The position numbers were made by a program, and so were the translations under genes. The notes under the pieces were generated by a model. The model saw nothing but the letters and a program-made list of their open reading frames with translations. It made no database searches and was not told the origin of the DNA. A stretch of 64,000 bases of DNA from assembly GCF_022045235.1 (NCBI RefSeq), contig NW_027266319.1:12090001-12154000 (forward strand), in the 5' to 3' direction. Below, in pieces: positions 23,120 through 36,500 of the stretch. Origin of the DNA: Haliotis cracherodii (taxonomy: Eukaryota). Position 1 is the first letter of the stretch. Each line of letters opens with the position of its first letter.

Positions 23120-24243
23120 GATGCTACATCCGAGATCTTATGCAACAGAAATGGGACACCCAAGTAGGTATCAACAAATTACATGAAATTAAACCAAATA
23201 TCGGTTACACCTACTTGGGTTGTCAGTCCAGACTTGAAGAGGTAATTTTACGACTATGTCGTATTGGCTATAGTAGATATACTCACGAATATTTATTGAA
23301 AGGTGCAGATCGTCCATTTTGTATCCCTTGTGATGAGAGAAAATCACGGTCAAGCATGTCCTGCTTGACTGTATTGATTTTGCCATCACAAGGGATAACT
23401 ATTTCACATCATCATCTCTCAAAGATCTTTTTAATAATATTACTTCTCTTTTAATTATTGGGTTTTTAAAAGAAATAGAATTGTATAATAATTTTTGATA
23501 ATGTCTTGTATAAAATAAATGATCTTTTAAAATTGGTAGAATGAATTTATATCTGAGTTTGTTACTGACTGTATCCTCAAAAGGGGGTTGACGTAGTGAA
23601 AAATAATTGTCCCCCTGAGAGGATATCGTAAGTCCATGTCATTCAAAGAATATTTCTGCTTATTACTCCTTTAAACGTAGAATATTTGTAATTTTATTTG
23701 TTGCTAACTTTGCGTACAATCGCCAGGTGCTGAACGAATGATGTAAATCCTGCTGGGTTCCATGCAGGTTGCAAAGGTACTGTAAGTCCCCATGGTCCCC
23801 CCGACCCGTGAAGATCCGGGGTAGAATAGGTCTTCAGCAACCCATGCTTGCCGTAAAAGGCGACTAACGGGATCGGGTGGTCAGGCTCGCTGACTTGGTT
23901 GATGCATGTTATCGATCCCAATTGCGTGGATCGATGTTCATGATGTAAATCACTGGATTGTCTGGTCCAGACTCGATTATTTACAGACCGCCGTCATATA
24001 GCTGGAATATTGCTGAGTGCGGCGTAAAACAACAAACAAACCAAACCAAAACCCCATGGTCCTCAGAATGGTGGTCTACCTTCAGTTGCTGGCGATCTAG
24101 AGCCCGTTTTTATCTTGTATTGTAACGTATAGTGCCATCCTTTTTTTATGATTCCATACTAGTTTGATATCTTTTTCTGTGAGAAGTCTAGTTATTTTAC
24201 TGTCATTTGTTGGCAGGTTTTTCAAATGTTCACTCACTCACTC
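23120..24243 (+). mobile_element. 3' fragment of the same LINE, truncated by an array rearrangement
   Basis: Begins abruptly at gatgctacatccgagatc and matches 18,305 onward. Confidence 0.8.
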
Positions 24244-24731
24244 CTAACATATACGATTAAACATGGTTATTAGAAGTAGTTTTGTAAAAGCTAAATTCAT
24301 TATTGCTTTAGCAAATAACAATGATGGTTCAACATACACTCACATGAATATTCAAAGCGTTAACAAATGTGTTCCATGCAATAAGATGACATAATTATAA
24401 CATAACGTGATTGTATTCATGTCTTACAATCGTACAAACCACTCTGCTTTAAGCACAGAAGTTTTGTTGCTTTTATTTACATATACAATGTCCGAACATC
24501 GATAGTGTAATGACATTCAAGTGTTATGTTGGGGCGCAGCATCATATTGACAAAGCTATTCAGATGGTGATTGTGAAATTCAGATAATGACTAAACGGTT
24601 TCTCTTGGATACGAACAATACCTTTGTAATACTATACATCATTTCTAATATTGAGTCTCAGCGTGTGGCCGTTTCCATTGCAGTTGTGCTGTTTCTTATT
24701 CGACGTTAACCACACTGACATAGTCTTGGAA

Positions 24732-25937
24732 ATGTTTGACTTGCACAGATGTGTCCTTATCCTTCTTCTCTGTCACCTGACAATTGGCTCTGTTTCTTAC
24801 AAAGAGAAAGATTTTCTGGACAATCTCACCTTGAACTATGACCCCAAGATCCGTCCCGTGTTAGATGGTTCCAATACGACGGTGGGTATCACAATGGGAT
24901 TGTCCACAATTTTATCTCTGGATGAAAAACAGGAAGTGCTCAGCTTTAAAGCATGGGTTTTAATGACATGGAAGGACCAACTTTTGGTGTGGAACATGAC
25001 AGATGGCATTCCCGATACAGTGGCTATACCCTTGGTTGATGTATGGTCACCAACCATTATGAATCTTAACTCTGTGACAAACTTGAGGTATTTGAAAGAT
25101 AATACGGATACTGTGCTTGTCTTTCGGGATGGAACAGTTATGTATTCCTACACAGGTAGGTTTGACATTGGATGCAAGGTGAATATCCAACAGTTTCCTT
25201 TTGATCGTCAGTCATGTACTTTTCACTTGCAAACATTCTATGCCCCTGTAACTAAGGAATATCTTCAAGTACAAGACAAGCATTTAAATCTAGAAACATA
25301 TAAGGAAAGCGGAGAATTTCACCTTCTCAGTGCATCAATGGCACTACGGGAATACAAGACTCTCGGTGTGAGCAGTGACTGGATTGAAGTGACCTTAGTC
25401 CTGAAGAGACGAACTATGTTCTACATCCTCAACAACATCCTGCCTCTTGTGTTCCTTTCCTTTCTCAACACATTCGCCTCCCTGTTGCCCGAGGAGAGCG
25501 GAGAGAAGATATCCATGTGTGTCTCCATCCTGTTGTCATATGCCATGTTCCTCACCCTCATCAACTCCTACCTACCAGCGAACTCCGACCACCTGTGTTT
25601 CTTTAGTGTCTATGTCACCCTGCTCGTGTTAATCAGTACGCTCACGTGCCTTGTCACAATCTTCATGTTCGTACTTCACACTCGTCTTCAAAGGGGCAAA
25701 GTTTGTCCAAGATGGCTGCCACTAGCTTGGGGATCAGACAGCAAAGTTGGGACCACTGAACCACGGGTTGAGATTGAAGGCGTGGCTCCAAACCAATCAG
25801 ATGTTAAGGAGAAAGCAAACAAGACGACAGACATGAAGGATTTGATAATGACCAGGTGTAACAAGGCAGCATTTGGGACGTTCTTCACACTCACAATTCT
25901 CATTAACCTGATATATTTCATCAGCGTATCTCTATGA
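24732..25937 (+). CDS. Atypical nAChR-like Cys-loop subunit, subtype A (copy A3)
   Basis: Intact A-type ORF with several private substitutions (NTTVG, LPLV, FAS, ISM) and FPFDRQ. Track start is TTG 24651. Confidence 0.93.
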   Translation: MFDLHRCVLILLLCHLTIGSVSYKEKDFLDNLTLNYDPKIRPVLDGSNTTVGITMGLSTILSLDEKQEVLSFKAWVLMTWKDQLLVWNMTDGIPDTVAIPLVDVWSPTIMNLNSVTNLRYLKDNTDTVLVFRDGTVMYSYTGRFDIGCKVNIQQFPFDRQSCTFHLQTFYAPVTKEYLQVQDKHLNLETYKESGEFHLLSASMALREYKTLGVSSDWIEVTLVLKRRTMFYILNNILPLVFLSFLNTFASLLPEESGEKISMCVSILLSYAMFLTLINSYLPANSDHLCFFSVYVTLLVLISTLTCLVTIFMFVLHTRLQRGKVCPRWLPLAWGSDSKVGTTEPRVEIEGVAPNQSDVKEKANKTTDMKDLIMTRCNKAAFGTFFTLTILINLIYFISVSL

Positions 25938-26401
25938 AGAACATCATTCACTGATATGGCTTAATATGAACTGTGAGGGCTAAGAAAACTAACTTTTACT
26001 ACTTTTACTTTTAGCTTGTAGGCTCCTAGAGACAACCGGGAAAACGAATATATTCGATTGGTTGATAGATGTATATTTTGACATATCTTGTGTGTGTTTT
26101 GAGGCATCAGTCACAAATATAATAGGAGATGCCATATCGTGACCTTTTGGTGTGAACAATTGACTTGCGTTTGATATCTTTAAAATGGAAAGAGTTTTTG
26201 CCACGTTTATTTGCATTCGTTCATCCTAACTTCACAGTAGGGAAGGCTGGCATGATATTCGGATGATGATTATTATAATCCTATAATTCAGCCGGGGAAT
26301 AACACACAGTATAACATACGAGGTAAGTATTACTGATCAGGTGGGGATAGAGACCAATGACGAACTTCCATTTGAATTGTATTCAGTCAGTTTATAAATT
26401 A

Positions 26402-27149
26402 TACTCTCCAAAAAAAGAAACGCAAAATTGATAGTTTGGGTCATAAAAGCAAAATTAGCGGACCAAGAGGGGCAAAATGAAGATGTTTAATGTGTTTAGT
26501 GTCAGTGACAAATTTCCTAGATCAAAATGATCATAACAAGGACATGCAAACCATTAGTCGTGAAACACGTACGATTCGGAAAAAACGCACCCAGTGCATT
26601 AATAAAAGGGCCATGGAGCTGCACGTCCTGCAAGTGCAGCAGCACTATTAAAATGCAGGATTTTTTATTGCCTAGCATCTGCGTCAGTCGTACAGTGACA
26701 CTTTTACAACATGCCAAGATTAACAGAAGTGCAAAGAAACAACGTCTTTGGTGCAGGCAGGGGAATCCAGATCAGTTGCAGCCAGGGTTTTCAATGAACA
26801 AGGCTATGAGATCGGTTTTAACAGCATGGGTCAACACGTGATCGGCCAAGGTCGGGACGACCAAGAGTAACCACCCCCGCTCAAGATCGCTACATCTGAC
26901 TGCGCCAAAGGACGACCACAGCGACCTCAACCGCATCCCAAATACCCGAACTGCGCAGAATCTCCGACCAGACCGTACGGTACCGTTTAAGAGCAGCAGG
27001 TCTACGAGGAAGACGTTCTGTTCTCCACCGTCGAGGGGATGGAAGAGCGTACAGGAAGTGGACAGGTTTGGTGGGGGTAGCGTCGTAATGTGGTCGGCAT
27101 TCTCTCATCATGGCAGGACAGGTTTTGGTCCATAGCCAGGGCTACACAA
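26402..27149 (+). mobile_element. Tc1 family A copy, internally deleted and 3'-truncated
   Basis: Same 5' end; internal deletions near 27,020; a ~1.07 kb deletion after gctacacaa removes the 3' part and the SINE. Confidence 0.8.
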
Positions 27150-30100
27150 TATATACAGATGAACATTACTCGGCACCTATCATCTGTTAGTTTGAACGAT
27201 TCATTCGGAACGTTACCGTCTGATTTAACGGGTTTTCACTTAATATCACAGGCGTATGTGTGATATCTTGCGGGAATATTTCTACTGGTAGCATTAATTA
27301 TTCCTTGTTTTATTCCCTTAATGTAGAGCACAAGGCACAGTAACAACAAGTGCCATCTTTTAACGTCGTTTGGTATGACGTGGCCACTGGATTGAAACAC
27401 CAAACTTCTGCTTCTCTGGTCAGAGGCTTTATCAACAAGGTCACGTTTTGTTTGTTTGTTTGTTGTTTAACGCCACACTCAGCAATATTCCAGCTAAATG
27501 ACGGCGGTCTGTAAATAATCGAGTCTGGACCAGACAATCCAGTTTATTGACATCATGAGCATCGATCCACGCAATTAGGATACGATGGCATGCATCAAAC
27601 AAGACAGTGAGCCTGACCACCCAATCCCGTTAGTCTCCTCTTACAGATGGTTTCAGAGTTGGGTCTATTATAAGCTCTATAGTTGGTAGTGAAATGAGGT
27701 AAGTGGGTGATAACTTATGTTCTCTTTCGGGGGCACGGGTGGCCCAGTCGTCTAAGGCGCCCCGATTCTCTGTGCAGAGTTGCGTCCCTTGGGCACGCCA
27801 GAAACCTATGATTGTGGGTTCGAATACCGGGTTTGTCAGCACCATACCCGTGGTCGTTGGTTTCACCGAAGTGGTAAACGTCTCCCACATTAAGCTGACA
27901 CGCTGTGATATAACTGGAATAATGTTAAAAGCGGCGTTAAACCGAACTCACTCACTCAGTCACTATGTTCTCTTCATGTTCCAAATTTCTCTGCCATGAA
28001 TATTTATGTTATTGCTGTTACCAAAATACCAATTTCTGTTTTCCATGCACCCAGTTTCTTTTCCGTTCTTGGTTTGCACACTTACCATTGTCAAATGCAT
28101 GGTAATTTAACACATAATTGTATGACATTTAACAAAGGATACTTTACAACTGTGTATTGATACAGTACTTAAACGCGGAAAGTAACAAGTGAAGGCATAT
28201 CGCTATTTTGTGTTAAAATGCCCACTGCAGAAAGGCTCAAATGGTAAGTGGTACAGTACAAGAGAAAGAAAAGAAATGTTGTCATCTACTCGACTTTTTC
28301 AAGAGGTATGTATTCCGCAACTCTGTATATTTACATGTTTGAAATCATTTTAAGTGTGGACCATTTAATTTCTACGGGGAGGGGGAGGACACATCCCATA
28401 ATTTCGGGTAAATAAACAATTCAGCCTACATCTGCTTGATAACAAATCTCTTCCTTCATAAAAAGTCTCGGCCGCAATAAGGCCATCCTGAGTTTTCATG
28501 AGCGAAGCCACAATCGTAGACTGTATGCCCATAGCACTTATTTCTTGTTACTAAAAAATAGTATCAATGTTAAGCAAGATGACCCGGTATAGAATTGATC
28601 AAGTCGTTTTATGATGCTATATAGCCGTAATTGGAAGGTACTTTGCGTACCTTTTCCTGAACGACGGTATTACCCTCGTACTTCGGTCCTGATGACTTGG
28701 GATGAGCGAGAGGTACAATGGTACCCAAGGGACCTTGGATCTTAATTTACCGTAATTCCCTCAGCAATCACAAAGGATGTTCTTCGTTCAACAGCTTTTA
28801 TTCACTTTGTGTTGCCGGTCAACCCACTATTTGTCACTCAATCAAGAGACTCCGGCCGCAAGGCTTCAGTCCCAGTCAAAATGCTGGTGGCTTAAGATTG
28901 TTTAGTGACTGTCAGCCAAGAGTGGGCGCACACCAGAACCCCGACCTGGGGCCTGACATTCCCCTAAAACCCGGTTCCTACATCACAAGAGTTCTCATTT
29001 TTTCGTTTATCATTGGTCTGCAACCAGAACCCCTTCAACAGACCATTCCAACCTACCCGTAGTTCCTTACCAGAATCCTTATTAGGTCTTTCGTTAGACG
29101 ATTTCCAGGAATATGAACTCTCTTCCCTAATACCATATATGTTTTATCTGTTGGTTGGTCTCTTATTATTATTCCTCTATTTCTGGTATCTCGGATGTTA
29201 TTTTTAACCTTATTACCTTGATACCTGATAGACCCCCCTGCTCTCGTGGCGTAGTGCTGCTCTCACCTCGAAGGGCTGTATATCTACTCAAGGATGGTAC
29301 CTACTCAAGAATGTTGCCAATGCTTGTCATGATATCTGGTATACATTCCCACTTATTTCTATGACTTACTGATTTAACTTCCTCTTAATTATCCAAATAC
29401 ATATTACAATTCATGACTTAATGATTTAACTTCCCTTTAATTATCTAACTGCCTATTTTAATTTCAGGTTTATATTACTTGTCATATGAGGCGACTAACG
29501 GGATCGGATGGTCAGGCTCGCTGACATGGTTGATGCATGTCATCCTTTCCCCATTGAGTGGATTGATGCTCATGATGTCATTCACTGGATTGTCATGTCC
29601 AGACGCGATATTTTACAGACTGTCGTCAAATAGCTGGAATATTGCCGAGTGCGGTGTTAAACAACAAATAACCAACCAACCTTCATCGCCAATCAGAGTG
29701 AGCAGCGCTGTTTGCGGTCCATTGTCAGGTTGCCAGATCCTCTTGCTTGAATTTCTTCCATGCAATCATACCATCCACACTGAAATCCATCGCTTTCGGA
29801 GCCAGTATATTCTGTATTTTAATCATTTAGCAACCCTTTCACTTCTAACATCATGAATTATTTCGTGTGAATACTGACAAGTCAACTTGAGCCCTTTCAT
29901 TTTATTCTACCGGAGGTTCATTACACTAGACTTGGAGTAAATGTTCTCTGCTATTTTATCGGTCATAAAAGGATGTTATTTTTTTTACTATGCAAACGTT
30001 ACTGTGGCACTTGTGTTGTTCAGTAGTTGTAGCATCTAAATGGCATGTGAAAATGGAGTGCTCTTTTCGCTACTCGGGGTCTCCCTTTTTCAAAGGAAGT

Positions 30101-30713
30101 ACCCTGCCATTGTGATAACCTGAAGAAAACACAAATGCAAGAAGTCAATTTCAGGTGTCCAATGTTGTGTCTTGGCTGGAATATGGCTAAAAACGGCGTA
30201 AATCCAATACCCTCAATTACACTGTATGATTCCTGTAATGAACGGGACAAACTGAAAACATTGGACATTCTCCATGTGTTATAACGTAATCAGTACATCT
30301 CAAAGATGTGATGCTGATGACGTTGTATCCTACAAATAACATTATGGTAAGCCATAATATTTCAGAACATTCTTTATATGAGTAGTTTTGAAAGATTTAA
30401 CTTAATTACTGGATAACATCAAAATCAGACATTAATATGCTATAATACTATGTCAAAACATTGACTTGGTAATTACAATTACAGTAATGTGGGGACGCAA
30501 CATAACATTGACAAAGCTATTTCAGTTGTGATGGAGAACACCAAGTCAGTTAATGACTAATTGATCCTCGCTTTGGCACGTTTCTCTTGGATACGAACAA
30601 TACCTATATAACGCCATGAATCATTGCTAATCTTCAATATCTGCGTGTGGCCGTTTTCATTGCGGTTGTGCTGTTTCTTGCAAAACATTAACCACGGTGA
30701 TATAGTTTACGAA

Positions 30714-31919
30714 ATGTTTGATTTCTGCAGATGTTTCTTTATCCTTCTTCTCTGTCACCTGACAATTGGCTCTGTTTCTTACAAAGAGAAGGAATTCCTG
30801 GCCAATCTCACCTTGAACTATGACCCCAAGATCCGCCCCGTATTAGATGGTTCCAACACGATTGTGTATGTCAGTTTGGGATTGTCCACAATATTATCTC
30901 TGGATGAAAAACAGGAAGTGCTCAGTTTTAAAGCATGGGTTATAATGGTCTGGCAGGACCAACTTTTGGTGTGGAACATGACAGACGGCATTCCTGATAC
31001 AGTGGCTATGCCCTTGGTGGATGTATGGTCACCTACCATAATGAATCTTGACTCTGTGACAGACCTGAGGTATCTTTATGATGAAACGGATTCTGTGCTT
31101 GTCAATAACGATGGTACAGTTATATATTCCTACACAGGTAGGTTTGACATAGGATGCAAGGTGAATATACAACAGTTTCCTTTCGATCGTCAGTCATGTA
31201 CTTTTCACTTGCAAACATTCTATGCCCCTGTAACTAAGGAATATCTTCAGGTAGCAAACACGTATTTAAATCTGGAAAAATACAACCAAAACGGAGAATT
31301 TCACCTTCTCAGTTCATCAATAGCATTGCAGAAATTCAAGATTTACAATGCCAGTAATGAATGGATAGAAGTGACCTTAGTCCTGAAGAGACGAACTATG
31401 TTCTACATCCTCAACAACATCCTGCCCGTTGTGTTCCTGTCCTTTCTCAACACCTTCGTCTTCCTGTTGCCCGAGGAAAGTGGTGAGAAGATGTCCCTGT
31501 GTGTCTCCATTCTGTTGTCATATACCATGTTCCTCACCCTAATCAACTCCTACTTACCAGCGAACTCCGACCACCTGTGTTTCTTCAGTGTCTATGTCAC
31601 ACTGCTTGTGTTGATCAGCACGCTCACGTGCCTCGTAACAATCTTCATGTTCGTACTTCACACTCGTCTTCAAAGGGGCAAAGTTTGTCCAAGATGGCTG
31701 CCACGAGCTTGGGGATCAGACAGCAAAGTTTGGACAACTGAACCACGGGTTGAGATTGAAGGCGTGGCTCCAAACCAATCAGATGATAAGGAGAAAGCAA
31801 ACAAGACGACAGACATGAAGGATTTGATAATGACCAGGTGTAACAAGGTAGCATTTGGGACTTTCTTCACACTCACAATTCTCATTAACCTGATATATTT
31901 CATCAGCGTATCTCTATGA
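30714..31919 (+). CDS. Chimeric nAChR-like subunit: B-type extracellular domain with A-type intracellular loop and M4
   Basis: B residues through GEKMSL, then A residues from FMFVLHTRLQRGKVCPRW to YFISVSL. B-type upstream flank and A-type downstream flank. Track start is TTG 30624. Confidence 0.92.
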   Translation: MFDFCRCFFILLLCHLTIGSVSYKEKEFLANLTLNYDPKIRPVLDGSNTIVYVSLGLSTILSLDEKQEVLSFKAWVIMVWQDQLLVWNMTDGIPDTVAMPLVDVWSPTIMNLDSVTDLRYLYDETDSVLVNNDGTVIYSYTGRFDIGCKVNIQQFPFDRQSCTFHLQTFYAPVTKEYLQVANTYLNLEKYNQNGEFHLLSSSIALQKFKIYNASNEWIEVTLVLKRRTMFYILNNILPVVFLSFLNTFVFLLPEESGEKMSLCVSILLSYTMFLTLINSYLPANSDHLCFFSVYVTLLVLISTLTCLVTIFMFVLHTRLQRGKVCPRWLPRAWGSDSKVWTTEPRVEIEGVAPNQSDDKEKANKTTDMKDLIMTRCNKVAFGTFFTLTILINLIYFISVSL

Positions 31920-32381
31920 TGAACATCATTCACTGATATGGCTTAATATGAACTGTGAGGGCTAAGAAAACTAACTTTTACTACTTTTACTTTTAGCTTG
32001 TAGGCTCCTGGAGACAACCGGGAAAAAGAATATATTCGATTGGTTGGTAGATGTATATTTTGACGTATCTTGTGTGTGTTTTGAGGCATCAGTCACAATA
32101 TAATAGGAGATGCCATATTGTGACCTTTTGGTGTGAACAATTGACTTGCGTTTGATATCTTTAGAATGGAAAGAGTTTTTGCCACGTTTATTTGCATTCG
32201 TTCATCCTAACTTCACAGTAGGGAAGGCTGGCATGATATTCGGATGATGATTATTATAATCCTACATTCAGCCGGGGAATAACACACAGTATAACATACG
32301 AGGTGAGTATTACTGATCAGGTGGGGATAGAGACCAATGACGAACTTCCATTTGAATTGTATTCAGTCAGTTTATAAATTA

Positions 32382-33593
32382 TACTCTCCAAAAAAAGAAA
32401 CGCAAAATTGATAGTTTGGTTCATAAAAGCAAAATAAGCGGACCAAGAGGGGCAAAATGAAGATGTTTAATGTGTTTAGTGTCAGTGACAAATTTCCTAG
32501 ATCAAAATGATCATAACAAGGACATGCAAACCATTAGTCGTGAAACACGTACGATTCGGAAAAACGCACCCAGTGCATTAATAAAAGGGCCATGGAGCTG
32601 CACGTCCTGCAAGTGCAGCAGCACTATTAAAATGCAGGATTTTTTATTGCCTAGCATCTGCGTCAGTCGTACAGTGACACTTTTACAACATGCCAAGATT
32701 AACAGAAGTGCAAAGAAACAACGTCTTTGGTGCAGGCAGGGGAATCCAGATCAGTTGCAGCCAGGGTTTTCAATGAACAAGGCTATGAGATCGGTTTTAA
32801 CAACATGGGTCAACACGTGATCGGCCAAGGTCGGGACGACCAAGAGTAACCACCTCCGCTCAAGATCGCTACATCTGACTGCGCCAAAGGACGACCACAG
32901 CGACCTCAACCGCATCCCAAATACCCGAACTGCGCAGAATCTCCGACCAGACCGTACGGTACCGTTTAAGAGCAGCAGGTCTACGAGCAAGACGTCCTGT
33001 TCGACGTGTCATATTCAGTCGACACCACTGTCATTGGTGTCGTCAACACACGATATGGCCTCAACTGCAATGAAGAGATGTCTGGTTCAGTGACGAATCA
33101 AGATTTCTCCACCGTCGAGGGGATGGAAGAGCACGGGTCTATAGACGTCGGGGAGAACGTTACGCCGGAAGCTGCGTACAGGAAGTGGACAGGTTTGGTG
33201 GGGGTAGCGTCATAACGTGGGCGGCATTCTCTCATCATGGCAGGACAGGTTTGATCCATAGCCAGGGCTACACAACAACAACGTTTATGTTCTCCCCTGG
33301 CCCTCCTGATCCCTGGATTTGAACCCGATAGAGCACCTGTGGGATTAATTGGATAGACGGCTATGCCGACTTCAACAACAACCCTAGACGTTGCAGCAGT
33401 TAGCTTTAGCGTTGCAGGCCGAGTGGGCTACCATTCCCCAGGATGTGATTCGCATACTCGTCTCTTCCAAGGGCAGATACCAGGCCACTATCGATTCCAA
33501 CCGGGGACATACACGTTATTGATGGTAGTTGACCTTCACCCTGGACATTTCCTGTACTGATAACTGAGATGACTACAATCACGAAGTGTTCTC
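32382..33593 (+). mobile_element. Tc1 family A copy, downstream of the chimeric gene
   Basis: Co-duplicated copy of 2,973-4,199. Confidence 0.85.
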
Positions 33594-36500
33594 GACCCGT
33601 GAAGATCCGGGGTAGAATAGGTCTTCAGCAACCCATGCTTGACGTAAAAGGTGACTGTGCTTGTCGTAAAAGGTGACTAACGGGATCGGGTGGTCAGGCT
33701 CGATGACTCGGTTGATGCATGTCATCGATCCCAAAGGCGTGGATGGATGCTCGTGATATTAATCACTGGATTGTCTGTTCCAGACTCGATTATTTACAGA
33801 CCGCCGTCATATAGTTGGAATATTGCTGAGTGCGGCGTTAAACAACAAACCAACCAACCAAGTGTATTCTCTACAATTTTGGCTCAATACCTTGTACAGT
33901 TCCTCGTATAAATGTATTTTCCCGACACACACAAATCTGGCTTTGCACTTGCATTTATCATTTTCAAGAGTATACTTCAATCGTTCAGTCACCTTATTAC
34001 ATTTTTTATTTGTGTCTTTGTTACCCAGTTCTAATGTAACTAATGTATTTAACCTTGTAAGTTACTCAGTGATGATGTTGTTATTCTGTTGTATTTTTTG
34101 ACAGTTTATGATAGCTGATGGATAGTCAATTGACGATTGCTTCGATGGTGGAGTCATTTAGAGTATTTTACTTGTGTGTTTGTTACCCAATTTTAAATTT
34201 TACTGATTCACTTAATTTTTGTCAGTTACTCACTTAGTGATTAAGAATAAATATGCTTTTCATTATGTTCTTCTTCTTGTTATTCTATTGACAAATTGTG
34301 TTTGATAGTTTATGATAGCTGCTGAATCGGGAAACCCATATTACTGTCAGGAAAGTCCACATATATACAGATGAACATTACTCGGCACCTATCATCCGTT
34401 AGTTCGAACGATTCATTCGGAACGTTACCGTCTGATTTAACGGGTTTTCACTTAATATCACAGGCGTATGTGTGATATCTTGCGGGAATATTTCTACTGA
34501 TAGCATTAATTATTCCTTGTTTTATTCCCTTAATGTAGAGCACAAGGCACAGTAACAACAAGTGCCATCTTTTAACGTCGTTTGGTATGACGTGGCCACT
34601 GGATTGAAACACCAAACTTCTGCTTCTCTGGTCAGACGCTTTATCAACAAGGTCACGTTTTTGGGGGTTTTTTTTGTTGTTTAACGCCGCACTCAGCAAT
34701 ATTCCAGCTACATGACGGCGGTCTGTAAATAATCGAGTCTGGACCAGACAAGCCAGTGATTGACATCATGAGCATCGATCCACGCAATTAGGATACGATG
34801 ACATTCATCAAACAAGACAGTGAGCCTGACCATCCAATCCCGTTAGTCTCCTCTTACAGATGGTTTCAGAGTTGGGTCTATTATAAGCTCTATAGTTGGT
34901 AGTGAAATGAGGTAAGTGGGTGATAATTTATGTTCTGTTTCGGGGGCACGGGTGGCCCAGTCGTCTAAGGCGCCGCGATTCTCTGTGCAGAGTTGCGTCC
35001 CTTGGGCACGCCAGAAACCTATGATTGTGGGTTCGAATACCGGGTTTGTCAGCACCATACATTTCCCACATTAAGCTGACACACTGCGATATAACTGGAA
35101 TAATGTTAAAAGCGGCGTTAAACCCAACTCACTCACTCACTTTGCTCTCTTCATGTTCCAAATATCTCTGCAATGTTTATTTATGTTATTGCTGTTACCA
35201 AAATACCAATTTCTGTTTTTCATGCACCCAGTTTCTTTTCTTTTTTTGGTTTGCACACTTACCATTGTCAAATATATGGTAATCCTACACATAATTGTAT
35301 GACATTTAAATAAGGATACTTTACAACTGTGTATTGATACAGTACTTAAACGCGGAAAGTAACAAGTGAAGGCACATCGCTATTTGGTGTTAAAATGCCC
35401 ACTGAAGAAAGGCTCAAACGGTAAGTGGCACATTAACAAGAGAAAGCAAAGAAATGTCGTCATCTCGACTTTTTCCAAGAGGTATGTCGTCCGCAACCCT
35501 GTACATTTACATGTTTGAAATCGTTTTAGGGGTGGACCATTTGATTTCTAGGGGGAGGGGGGAAACGCAGTCCATAATTGTGGATAAATAAACAACTCAG
35601 CCTTCATCTGCTTGAGAAACAAATCTCATCCTTAATAAAAAAGACCGCATTAAGGCCATCCTCATCTATACAGAGTTTTCATGAGCGAAGCCACAATCGT
35701 AGACTGTATGCCCGTAGCGCTTATTTCTTCTTACTAAGAAATAGCATCAATGTTAAGCAAGATGACCCGGTATAGAAGTGATCAAGTCGTTTTAAGATGT
35801 TATATAGTAGTAATTGGATGGTAATTTGCGTAACTTTGCCTGAAATTCGGTATTACCCTCATACTTCGGTTCTGATGACTTGGGATGAGCGAGAGGTACG
35901 ATGTCAGTAACCGTGGGACCTTGGATCTTAATTTACCGTAGTTCCTTCAGCAATCACAAGGGATGTTCTTCGTTTAACAGCTTTTATTCTCTTTGTGTTG
36001 CTGGTCAACCCACTCTATTTGTCTCTCAATTAAGGCTTCAGTCCCGGTCAAAATGCTGGTGTCTTAAGATTGTTTCCGAATACTAGTAACTGTCAGACAA
36101 GAGTAGGCGCACACAAGATGCCTGACTTGGGGCATGACTTTCCCCTAAAACACGGTTCCTACGTCACAGCAGTTCTCATTTTTTCGTTTATCATTGGTCG
36201 GCAACCTTTCCCCATTCAACAGACCATTCGAACCTACCCGTAGTTCCTTACCAGAATCCTTATTAGGTCTTTGGTTAGACGATTTCCAGGAATCTGAACT
36301 CTCTTCCCTAATACCATATATGTTTTATCTGTTGGTTGGTCTCTTATTATTCTTCTTCTATTTCTGGTATCTCGGATGTTATTTTTAACCTTATTACCTT
36401 GATACCTGATAGACCCCCTTGCTCTCGTGGCGTAGTGCTGCTCTCACCTCGAAGGGCTGTATATCTATCTACTCAAGGATGGTACCTACTCAAGAATGTT

